Virus record (IMG/VR): IMGVR_UViG_3300037440_001002 | Location: 1-32,973 of that record | Reading direction: 5' to 3' (one strand) | Length of the DNA: 32,973 bases | Origin: a virus | Lineage: Duplodnaviria; Caudoviricetes | Part shown: in pieces, positions 17,484 through 25,133 of the stretch | Layout of the letters: the number at the start of each line of letters is the position of its first letter | Position numbering within the stretch: the first letter of the stretch is position 1 | Position numbers and translations under genes: made by a program | The notes under the pieces: model-generated | What the model saw: only the letters and a program-made list of their open reading frames with translations | Databases searched by the model: none | Told to the model about the DNA's origin: nothing

Positions 17484-17552
17484 GAGAAGAGGCGCAGATG
17501 TCAAAAGACGTTAATCCTCCAATTAAATTCCGCTGCCTCTTCTCGCTTTTTT
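17484..17552 (+). ncRNA. Candidate small RNA or large-loop terminator
   Basis: Stem GAGAAGAGGC/GCCTCTTCTC plus T6, enclosing hairpin ATGTC-AAAA-GACGT and unpaired TAATCCTCCAATT; TATGTT -10-like element just upstream. Confidence 0.45.
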
Positions 17553-17565
17553 AAAGGAGTTAAAT

Positions 17566-17808
17566 ATGAAACAGGAATGGTTTAAGATGATTTTAAAAGT
17601 TCGTACAGCAATTTATCTTTCAGGTTTGATCGCAGTAGTTGTAAGCAGTTGCGTAGCATTTCACAATAACTGCCCACCAGCAGCAGAAGATACTCAAAAA
17701 ACAAATAAAGCCCTTAATAATCCTAAGTTGGCATTCTGGCCGCCGGATATGGTCCCCCATCCCATGCCACCAGAAGTTCCATCAAACGATGAGGATAATT
17801 GGGCCTAA
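17566..17808 (+). CDS. Membrane/lipoprotein-like protein with Pro-rich tail
   Basis: AAGGAG RBS; hydrophobic segment ending VVSSC. Confidence 0.7.
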   Translation: MKQEWFKMILKVRTAIYLSGLIAVVVSSCVAFHNNCPPAAEDTQKTNKALNNPKLAFWPPDMVPHPMPPEVPSNDEDNWA

Positions 17809-17858
17809 AGGAGGCATCTATCGATAACTTATTTTCCCAATTTTGGAAGGAGATTCCC

Positions 17859-18047
17859 ATGGCGCTTAAAATTATTTTCGGAGTGGTTTTTGTCGGATGT
17901 ATTTGTGTTTTGGCAGGCTGTTCATTTGGCTGGCTCAAAAAATATCCACAAGACAATTTCGTCGAAGAAATGGTTGAAGACTATATCGAGCATGAAACCG
18001 GCCTAGATATCGACTTGACGCCTTTCTCAAGCGAAATAAATGATTAG
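17859..18047 (+). CDS. Putative lipoprotein (LAGC lipobox)
   Basis: AAGGAG RBS; signal-like N-terminus with LAGC, then acidic DNFVEEMVEDYIEHETGLDIDLTP. An alternative TTG start exists at 17799. Confidence 0.7.
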   Translation: MALKIIFGVVFVGCICVLAGCSFGWLKKYPQDNFVEEMVEDYIEHETGLDIDLTPFSSEIND

Positions 18048-18153
18048 CCATGTGGAATATCTTTATCTCATTGGGGGATTTTTCTGGGGTGTATTATCTC
18101 TCAGGTCCACCCAGCTAATATTTCAATCCATCAAAAAAAGGAAAGATAAATGA
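18040..18153 (+). CDS. 37-aa membrane peptide (not in ORF track)
   Basis: MISHVEYLYLIGGFFWGVLSLRSTQLIFQSIKKRKDK*; overlaps both neighbours. Confidence 0.5.
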   Translation: MISHVEYLYLIGGFFWGVLSLRSTQLIFQSIKKRKDK

Positions 18154-18254
18154 TAAAAGCATTTTTAGCCGCGTTTCTTCTTGGAGCTTTCGCGTGCGTG
18201 TTTGTTTTTTTTCTCATCAAATATTCCGATTCTTTGCTACAGTATATCCAATAA
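18150..18254 (+). CDS. 34-aa membrane peptide (not in ORF track)
   Basis: AAGGA RBS and ATGA overlap; MIKAFLAAFLLGAFACVFVFFLIKYSDSLLQYIQ*. Confidence 0.6.
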   Translation: MIKAFLAAFLLGAFACVFVFFLIKYSDSLLQYIQ

Positions 18255-18266
18255 CAGGAGAAAAAT

Positions 18267-18545
18267 TTGGCAGCAAGCAATAGCGTAACAAGAGAACTTC
18301 TTCCAGCCAGTGTGATTGCGGCAGAAAAATCTAATTCGTTGCCAAAGAAGCAGCCTAAAATTGGAAGCTTTTATCGCGTTCTTTATCGCGATGGTCCTGG
18401 GAATTACTTCATGACCGAAATGCAGTGGACTAAAAACGGATGGGACAGTGTGGATAAGGTCGTTGTAGACTGGTTCCCCCTCCGCGAGAGACATCGACCT
18501 TCAATGCCAGCTATATTTGATCTGGAACTTGAAGAGGATCTCTAA
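18267..18545 (+). CDS. Hypothetical protein
   Basis: AGGAG RBS with TTG start. Confidence 0.65.
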   Translation: MAASNSVTRELLPASVIAAEKSNSLPKKQPKIGSFYRVLYRDGPGNYFMTEMQWTKNGWDSVDKVVVDWFPLRERHRPSMPAIFDLELEEDL

Positions 18546-18548
18546 AAA

Positions 18549-19076
18549 TCATCTTAATTGTGAAAAGTCATCAGGCAACGAACCGTCCCAAATAGGGATG
18601 ATTTCCGCTCCTCTATGATATCTCAAATAATCACCCTGACATGCAAAAACAGAAAGATTAGTAAATCTATTATTAAATTGGTTTTTGTCTTTGTGATACA
18701 CACGATAACGATCTAAAAATTCTTTTCCGTATTTAGAAAAATGCTCTTCAACTAATTTTCTCCCTATCCTAGAAGAACGCTTATTTTCTTTCCATTTTCC
18801 GTCTCTGTTTACAAAATCATAATAACATTTCCTAGAACAAAAAATATTTTTTGTATTTCTCACTCGATTTCTACTACAGATAAAAATTTTACCACAAGAC
18901 GAGCAAGAGGTGTCAAGGGATCCTTGATCTCTGCTTATTCCGCAATTTTTAATGATTCGATAGATTGCAGTACGGGAAACACCATATCTTTGAGCTATAG
19001 AAATCATAGGCTCTAAATTAGACTCATAGGCATTGCATATGTTGCACCATTCAGATTTCGAAATTTTTTCTCCCAT
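18549..19076 (-). CDS. HTH + zinc-finger + degenerate HNH protein
   Basis: HTH SIAQRYGVSRTAIYRII, Zn motif CSSCGK...FCSRKC, and HNH_3-like RVYHKDKNQFNNRFTNL...QGDYLRYH. Confidence 0.75.
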   Translation of the reverse strand: MGEKISKSEWCNICNAYESNLEPMISIAQRYGVSRTAIYRIIKNCGISRDQGSLDTSCSSCGKIFICSRNRVRNTKNIFCSRKCYYDFVNRDGKWKENKRSSRIGRKLVEEHFSKYGKEFLDRYRVYHKDKNQFNNRFTNLSVFACQGDYLRYHRGAEIIPIWDGSLPDDFSQLR

Positions 19077-19134
19077 TTTGGTCCTTTAGGCATCGTAAAG
19101 TAAACTCATATCATACTTACGCAACATATGCAAA

Positions 19135-19162
19135 GGTTAACCGAACATATATTATCAGACGT
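19135..19162 (-). other. dif-like (XerCD) recombination site
   Basis: Minus strand reads ACGTCTGATAA-TATATG-TTCGGTTAACC, an 11-6-11 layout like E. coli dif GGTGCGCATAA-TGTATA-TTATGTTAAAT; intergenic. Confidence 0.5.
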
Positions 19163-19173
19163 TGCATCCTTTC

Positions 19174-19395
19174 TTACGCAATCACATGCCAATCCATTGC
19201 TTCCAAATCATCTTTTTCAATGACGTAAGGATACCCATCATCTTCTCCATCAAGTGAAGTGTCTCCTTCCAAATATGGGTGAGTGTGGACGAAAAATGTG
19301 CCGTTCCACCACATCTTCATATCTTCACCCCAACACATTCTTCTAATTCTAAAACCTTCTTTTGCTAATTTAATGGCTTTGGGAAATTTCATCAT
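19174..19395 (-). CDS. Tad2/DUF2829-like anti-defence sponge protein
   Basis: MKFPKAIKLAKEGFRIRRMCW...DDLEAMDWHVI matches the family's M.F..A....K.G..V.R..W ... D..A.DW pattern. Confidence 0.75.
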   Translation of the reverse strand: MMKFPKAIKLAKEGFRIRRMCWGEDMKMWWNGTFFVHTHPYLEGDTSLDGEDDGYPYVIEKDDLEAMDWHVIA

Positions 19396-19401
19396 ATTTC
19401 C

Positions 19402-19587
19402 TCATGTAAAATCTTTAAATAGTTTGTTCAAGGTTTCTCTGAGGCTTAACTCTTCGAGGAAACCTTTTTTTAGGTAAATACCGATTGCTAAACATAAAAC
19501 TTCTTTCATTTTTAGGTCATTATCAAAGCAGTAGTGCTTTAAATCTCGGTAAAGGGATGGGGGAAGTTCAAATGTAAGTCTTTTCAT
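19402..19587 (-). CDS. Ribbon-helix-helix (CopG/ParG-like) regulator
   Basis: MKRLTFELPPSLYRDLKHYC...KMKEVLCLAIGIYL has a beta-alpha-alpha pattern. Confidence 0.8.
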   Translation of the reverse strand: MKRLTFELPPSLYRDLKHYCFDNDLKMKEVLCLAIGIYLKKGFLEELSLRETLNKLFKDFT

Positions 19588-19594
19588 TCATCAA

Positions 19595-19623
19595 AGCATA
19601 AAAACATAGATACATATACTCAA
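19595..19623 (-). promoter_or_regulatory. Sigma70 promoter giving a probable leaderless RHH mRNA
   Basis: TTGAGT-17-TATGCT, then 7 nt to the ATG at 19587; no SD sequence. Confidence 0.7.
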
Positions 19624-19672
19624 CATTAAAGAAAGATTTGACATAAAGAATGGTATTAAATATTTTATTACT

Positions 19673-20140
19673 ATGACTGAAACACTCGGAAGTAAAGCGC
19701 TTGACTTACTCGATAAAGAGCCTGAACATACACCCATAGAAATGGGAGAAAAATTAGCGGAGCTCACCTCTAAAAAGCTTCAAGAGGTGATAGAATTGCA
19801 TAAAGATTATGGGGATGTCTACTTTATCCAAATCGTGTTTCAGCAAGAAAATATGCATGCCCGATGGTTGCCCAATGTCCACCATTTACAGTCCATAGTA
19901 ACTTCACAATCTCCTGGAATGAGGCCAGACCGGAGTTGCTTCAAATATAACAATAAGACAGACGAGCTTACCTATCTGTGGAGTTTGCCTGACTTAGCAT
20001 CATGTACATTCATCATTGAAAACGAAGCTGAACTTAGCGCTGACGAACAGCAATTGCTAGGTTTTGTGAAGCAGTTCTTCTATCAGTGCCTAAGCTATGC
20101 CCAGCAAACAAAATATTCAATGAAAAATTTGACTATTTAA
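19673..20140 (+). CDS. Hypothetical protein, head module
   Basis: 155 aa; TTGACA upstream at 19638 and no SD sequence. Confidence 0.7.
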   Translation: MTETLGSKALDLLDKEPEHTPIEMGEKLAELTSKKLQEVIELHKDYGDVYFIQIVFQQENMHARWLPNVHHLQSIVTSQSPGMRPDRSCFKYNNKTDELTYLWSLPDLASCTFIIENEAELSADEQQLLGFVKQFFYQCLSYAQQTKYSMKNLTI

Positions 20141-20240
20141 TCGAGCTAATGTTAAATCAATTTTTTACTTGAATCGTTAGCCCGCGTGAGTGGCTCAAGT
20201 GAAATAGGCCGTAAAATAGTATTCGCCATACTGGAGGAAA

Positions 20241-21011
20241 ATGTCTGAAGAAGAACAAGTAGCTCTTGAGGAGCAACAAAGTACGGACGTAAAAGAAGAA
20301 GGTGAGGCCGTCGCTCAACCTGAAACAGACAATTCCACTATTGCTCAAGAGTCTCAGGAGCAATCTAGAGAGCCTGAAGAAGGTTCGAAAGAATACAACT
20401 GGAGAAAGGCTCGCGAGCAGCTAGATGAGTTGCAATATGAGAACAAGCTGCTAAAACGGCAGTTTGATGAAATGCAGACCTCTAAAAAGAAGTCTTCAGA
20501 GGAAGATGAGTTAAAAGCCATCGAAAATGAGATTCGTAATCTCCCCGCTGACGAACTTCTAACCTTTGAGCAAGCCGAAAAGATGGCTTTACTCAGAGAA
20601 AGAAAGGCTGAGCTGAAGTTTCAGGCTTTAGAGGAGCGTTTGGCTAAAAAAGAAAGCGAAACGCTGGATATGAGGGTAAAGAGCCAGTATCCCGATTTCT
20701 ACTCTGTTGCAACCGATAGTGTTATAGAAGAATTAAAACAGGATCCTTTGTTCGTCAAGATGTTGAATGGACTGCAAGATCCGTTTGATAAGGTGGCTTT
20801 AATCTACAAAGAAGCGAAAGCCCTTGGTGGGGAAGTACCAACAGGTAGAGAACAAAAGCAGCTGGAAGCAAATAAGGGCAAGCCGAGATCTACTAATGCT
20901 CTCGGAGGGGGATCTCCCCTTCACCAAGCGCAAGATTTCGCGGCTTGGCCCAATCCGGACCTTAAAAAACGACTTCACCAAGAAATGATCGAGGCGATGA
21001 AGGGTGCATAA
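20241..21011 (+). CDS. Scaffolding protein
   Basis: Acidic N-terminus and coiled coil, directly before the capsid gene; GGAGG RBS. Confidence 0.8.
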   Translation: MSEEEQVALEEQQSTDVKEEGEAVAQPETDNSTIAQESQEQSREPEEGSKEYNWRKAREQLDELQYENKLLKRQFDEMQTSKKKSSEEDELKAIENEIRNLPADELLTFEQAEKMALLRERKAELKFQALEERLAKKESETLDMRVKSQYPDFYSVATDSVIEELKQDPLFVKMLNGLQDPFDKVALIYKEAKALGGEVPTGREQKQLEANKGKPRSTNALGGGSPLHQAQDFAAWPNPDLKKRLHQEMIEAMKGA

Positions 21012-21027
21012 GACGGAGAAATAAAGA

Positions 21028-21975
21028 ATGTCTATTACTACTACTTCATCTCTTCCGGCTCCAGTTCAACAAAGCTTTAGCTACAAGCTATTAAGCGTGC
21101 CTACGCCATATTTTATTCATAAAATTCCGGCGATGTTGAAAAGGATGCCTAGGAATGGAGGAACCACCCTACGGATGCGTCGATACAACGCGCTTCCTAC
21201 TTCTAAAGTGCCCCTCGGCAACTCAGGAGTAACCCCCCCGCCTGTAAACCTTACAGCAGTAAATATTGATGCTGAAATGGATTTTTACGGTCAATATATC
21301 ATATTAAACGAGCAAGTAACGTTACAAAACCAAGATCCAGTGCTCAATGAAGCAGCCCAACGTCTTGGGGTGTCTCTGCGGCAAACAGAAGACGAACTTG
21401 TAAGAGATATGTTAGCTGCGACAGCTTCAACAATTAACTGTACCAACGGATCAAATGGAGACAATCCTACTGAACTTACTCGTGCAGATATTGATGTAGT
21501 CGTTCGAACTTTGGCTAGTAATAACGCCTACACTATCGCCGATAATATTGAAGGGGAAGATAAATTTGGTACTGCACCAGTTAGGGATGCTTACTTTGCA
21601 TTAGCTAATACAGCATTAATTGGGGATTTAGAAAATATTCAAGGGTTTATTCCAAAAGCCCAATATCCTAGTCCTATGCAGGCCTTGCGCCCAGAATGGG
21701 GCTCCGTTTCTAACCTTAGATTTCTTCTTTCTTCTATTGGAGCAACTTACGGAAATACATCAGCACTTGGAGCCGCTATTTACAGCGTCTTTTGTGTTGG
21801 ACTGGAAGCGTATGCATGTATTGAGCAAGATGGTTATTCTGCTCAGTTCATTTATAGACCACCTATTTATGACAGCCCCTTGGCTCTAAATGCTTCGGTG
21901 GGATGGAAAATGGCACAAGTACCACGTATTACGAATGATGCGTGGGTTATTAATTTATTAACCACATTATCATAA
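21028..21975 (+). CDS. Major capsid protein (N4-gp56-like)
   Basis: MPRNGGTTLRMRRY, YGQYIILNEQV, GFIPKAQY...EWGSVSNLRF and PLALNASVGWK motifs. Confidence 0.9.
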   Translation: MSITTTSSLPAPVQQSFSYKLLSVPTPYFIHKIPAMLKRMPRNGGTTLRMRRYNALPTSKVPLGNSGVTPPPVNLTAVNIDAEMDFYGQYIILNEQVTLQNQDPVLNEAAQRLGVSLRQTEDELVRDMLAATASTINCTNGSNGDNPTELTRADIDVVVRTLASNNAYTIADNIEGEDKFGTAPVRDAYFALANTALIGDLENIQGFIPKAQYPSPMQALRPEWGSVSNLRFLLSSIGATYGNTSALGAAIYSVFCVGLEAYACIEQDGYSAQFIYRPPIYDSPLALNASVGWKMAQVPRITNDAWVINLLTTLS

Positions 21976-21984
21976 GAGGTAAAA

Positions 21985-22941
21985 ATGGACGGAACTATTA
22001 TCCAACAAGGAAGTTTTACATCTGACGGTAATGCTAAAACTTTAGATATTAGATCAGATGTTGATTGGATGCATGTAATTAATTACACTGTAGCCGATGC
22101 GAATCAAACAGACGCAATTGGAGTAGAATACTACTTCCAGCGAGGAATGTCCCCAGGGACAGGGATTGAATACAAAAAATCTAATGCAGCAAATGCGGCC
22201 AATTTAACAGATGCTATGGCATCTGGAGGATTTACTCCAATCCCAGCAGCGGCTAGTGCGGTAATTACTGGAACAACAATTACGAAAGCAGATCCTCCAG
22301 TTGCTACGGCAACAGCACATGGATTGAGTGATGGTGATGTTGTTCTTTTCCGCAATTTGACAGAAATGCCTCAAATCGCATTGGTAGCGTTTACCATTGG
22401 AAGTGTAACTACTGATACATTTGAGCTTACCTATTTCGATACTAACACTTCTAATTTTACGCAAGAAAGTGCATTTGAAGTGGTAAAAGCTTCTCCTTTT
22501 ACTTGGAGAGGAGCATTTAATAATGTAGTAGCAGTTACCACGGGAACGACTACACAAATAACAACGGCCGCTGCGGATGATGAGGTTAAATATGCCGTAG
22601 GTAATATTCTCAAGTTTAGTATTCCACCGGCATTTGGAATGGTAGAATTAGATGGGCTTCAAGGAGAAGTTCTATCTTTTAATTCTTCAACAAATACTTA
22701 TACTGTGGATATCGATTCGACAGGTTTTACTGCTTTTGCATGGCCGGCAGCTAGCGCTGTTCCTTTCTCTCTACCTAATGTGATTCAGGTAGGAACTAAT
22801 GGAACAACGTCAGTACATTCGGTAACAAACGAAGGATTTATTGGTATGAGTTTAGCCGCTGGTAACGATAGTCCAGCCGGGAACACTAATGATGTAATTT
22901 ACTGGAGAGCCGGTAAATCTGTAAGTGTCACAAATGAATAA
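21985..22941 (+). CDS. Capsid decoration / virion protein with FCCH-like beta domains
   Basis: Follows the capsid gene before a terminator; ITKADPPVATATAHGLSDGDVV.F..LTEM motif. Confidence 0.65.
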   Translation: MDGTIIQQGSFTSDGNAKTLDIRSDVDWMHVINYTVADANQTDAIGVEYYFQRGMSPGTGIEYKKSNAANAANLTDAMASGGFTPIPAAASAVITGTTITKADPPVATATAHGLSDGDVVLFRNLTEMPQIALVAFTIGSVTTDTFELTYFDTNTSNFTQESAFEVVKASPFTWRGAFNNVVAVTTGTTTQITTAAADDEVKYAVGNILKFSIPPAFGMVELDGLQGEVLSFNSSTNTYTVDIDSTGFTAFAWPAASAVPFSLPNVIQVGTNGTTSVHSVTNEGFIGMSLAAGNDSPAGNTNDVIYWRAGKSVSVTNE

Positions 22942-22950
22942 ATAAAATTG

Positions 22951-22976
22951 GGAGGGGCTTAACGGCCCTTCCTTTT
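22951..22976 (+). terminator. Rho-independent terminator after the capsid genes
   Basis: GGAGGGGC-TTAACG-GCCCTTCC-TTTT. Confidence 0.8.
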
Positions 22977-22987
22977 GAGAGGTATTA

Positions 22988-23359
22988 ATGACATTATCCA
23001 TTCCTCAACCTAAAACTTCTAATCGGAAGTTAAGTAAAGAAGATTTGAAGACCATGCGAGAGAAAGATCTCAAAATGGTGAAAGGAATTTTTCGCTCTTT
23101 TGAACCTCGTGGGGGTCAGATCACATTTTGCTACAAAAAATACAAAGAAGATCCCTTAATGAACTTTACTATGAAGGATGGCGAAACCTATGAAGTTCCT
23201 TATATGGTTGCGCGACACTTAAATACAAAATGTGCTTATCCTAAGCATAGTAATGTTTTAGATTCAAATGGAAATCCTTCGGTCTGTGTTGGAGAATACG
23301 TAAAAAGATGTTCTTTTGAAAGCTTAGAGTTCATGCACGATGTCTCTTTAAGCAACTAA
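22988..23359 (+). CDS. Hypothetical morphogenesis protein
   Basis: GAGGT RBS; lies between the capsid and adaptor genes. Confidence 0.7.
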   Translation: MTLSIPQPKTSNRKLSKEDLKTMREKDLKMVKGIFRSFEPRGGQITFCYKKYKEDPLMNFTMKDGETYEVPYMVARHLNTKCAYPKHSNVLDSNGNPSVCVGEYVKRCSFESLEFMHDVSLSN

Positions 23360-23379
23360 CTCTTGTATAGGGGGACCAA

Positions 23380-24378
23380 ATGAGTGCTACAACTGGGGGA
23401 GAACTTAGTACATTAGCTCGAATCCGAACAAAAGTTCGTAGGCTAACGGCGTCTCCCTCTCCGGCACAGCTAACCGATTCTCAAATTGATGATCAGGTCA
23501 ATAATTTCTATTTCTTTGATCTTCCGGAAGAACTGCGCTTATGGAACCTTCGCGAGGAATACAATTTTTACACCGATCCTAACGTTGATGCTTATCCCTT
23601 CCCTCGCAATGAATACATCAACATGTATCAGCCGGTATACATAGGCGGATATCAAAGTTTTTATTCGCAAAGCCGGGAACAATTTTTCAGGATTTATCCT
23701 CAGCTAGAATTTTCTGAAGATGTCTCAACAGGAGACGGAGTCACTACAGAATATACATTCAACGTTTCTAATACGCCTGTCATGCGAGCATATCAATATC
23801 TTCCCGACGCCACCATCTTTTCTAGATTTTTTGTTTCTTATACGGATGCATCCGGGGTCTCTGTGATCGCTAGAGATAATGGTGTAGGCGGCTTCATCGA
23901 TGAGGCCGGAACAACCGCTTTAACAGGATCGATTGATTATGAAACAGGAACCATCACGGCGCTAACGTTTTTAGCTGCCCCTCCTTCGGGAGCAACGATC
24001 GTTGCTCAGTATGTAGCATATCAAGCCTCGAGACCTCAGGCTCTCCTTTATTATAGCTCCACGATGTTTTTGCGCCCTATTCCAGATAAGGCCTACAAAG
24101 TAGCGTTTGATGTGCTGAAGCAGCCTACATTTCTATTGCAGAACGACAGTAACCCCGCTTTACAAGAGTGGTGGCAAATATTGTCTTTTGGGGCCGCAAA
24201 AAGAGTACTTGAAGAGCGACAAGACATGACATCCTTAGCTAATATTATGCCAATGTATAAGGCGGAAGAGGCTAAGATTCTGCGTCGTACTACCCAACAA
24301 TTAGCGCAGGAAAGAACGGCCACTATCTTCACTGACCAGTGCCAATTTCCGTGGGGGAACTTCAATTCCAGGTTTTAG
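23380..24378 (+). CDS. Head-tail adaptor / tail tubular A-like protein
   Basis: TLARIRTKVRRLT...IDDQVN N-terminus, MFLRPIPDKAYKV, and an inserted beta domain (GSIDYETG). Confidence 0.7.
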   Translation: MSATTGGELSTLARIRTKVRRLTASPSPAQLTDSQIDDQVNNFYFFDLPEELRLWNLREEYNFYTDPNVDAYPFPRNEYINMYQPVYIGGYQSFYSQSREQFFRIYPQLEFSEDVSTGDGVTTEYTFNVSNTPVMRAYQYLPDATIFSRFFVSYTDASGVSVIARDNGVGGFIDEAGTTALTGSIDYETGTITALTFLAAPPSGATIVAQYVAYQASRPQALLYYSSTMFLRPIPDKAYKVAFDVLKQPTFLLQNDSNPALQEWWQILSFGAAKRVLEERQDMTSLANIMPMYKAEEAKILRRTTQQLAQERTATIFTDQCQFPWGNFNSRF

Positions 24379-24431
24379 GGTATATTGCATATAATTCTCT
24401 TCTTCTTCATGATTATTCTAAAGGGGAAGCT

Positions 24432-25133
24432 ATGGGGAAAAAGAGAATTCGCATTACCTTTTGCAGATTATGCGGAAAACAAAATGAACAAGGTAAAGGA
24501 AAAGGAAGGTTTTGTTCTATTAAATGTAGATTTCTTTCAAAAGTTGAAAAAACTTCCTCATGTTGGATTTGGAAAGGAGGTTCCAGTACTAAACGATATG
24601 GTACCTTTCAAGAGGGCCCTAAATCTTTATTAGCTCACCGATTTTCTTACGAGTTATTTAACAGAGAAATTCCTAAAAATAAATATGTATGTCATAAATG
24701 TGATAATGGCTTTTGTGTAAAACCGGACCATTTATGGTTAGGGACTCAAAAAGAAAATATGGATGATATGAAAAATAAGGGAAGAGATAATCATTCTAAA
24801 CCCTATAGAAAGATTTCTATTGAGATGCATGAGAAAATAAAATTATTGAGGTCTTATGGGCTCACCAAAACAAAAATTGCTGAGAAATTTAATTGCACGC
24901 GTACCAATATAGCTCGCATCTTAAATGAAGCGCCAAATCTTCCGAAAAAAGGGAGTGCTCATCCTAGAGCCAGATTGAAAGAAAAAGAAGTGAAAGAAAT
25001 ATTTGAATTAGATAACTTAGGGATGAAAAGAAAAGACATAGCAAAAAAATTTTCAGTTGCGCCGTCTACCCTAACTAAAATTTTGAAACGTGATGCCTGG
25101 AAACACGTTCATACTAAGGAAAATGCCTCATGA
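24432..25133 (+). CDS. Free-standing HNH homing endonuclease
   Basis: CWIWKG, YG, AHRFSY and VCHKCDNGFCVKPDHLWLGTQKENMDDM, plus two C-terminal HTHs; AT-rich relative to flanks. Start placed at ATG 24432. Confidence 0.92.
   Translation: MGKKRIRITFCRLCGKQNEQGKGKGRFCSIKCRFLSKVEKTSSCWIWKGGSSTKRYGTFQEGPKSLLAHRFSYELFNREIPKNKYVCHKCDNGFCVKPDHLWLGTQKENMDDMKNKGRDNHSKPYRKISIEMHEKIKLLRSYGLTKTKIAEKFNCTRTNIARILNEAPNLPKKGSAHPRARLKEKEVKEIFELDNLGMKRKDIAKKFSVAPSTLTKILKRDAWKHVHTKENAS

Noticed and set aside
17859-17870. ATGGCGCTTAAA (MALK) start resembling the chlamydial hctA start targeted by the IhtA sRNA
   Set aside because: Too short to distinguish from chance, the host is unproven, and the product is not histone-like.
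20148-20157. TAATGTTAAAT as a XerD arm of a second dif site
   Set aside because: No XerC-like ATAA arm at the required spacing; it overlaps the promoter/operator instead.
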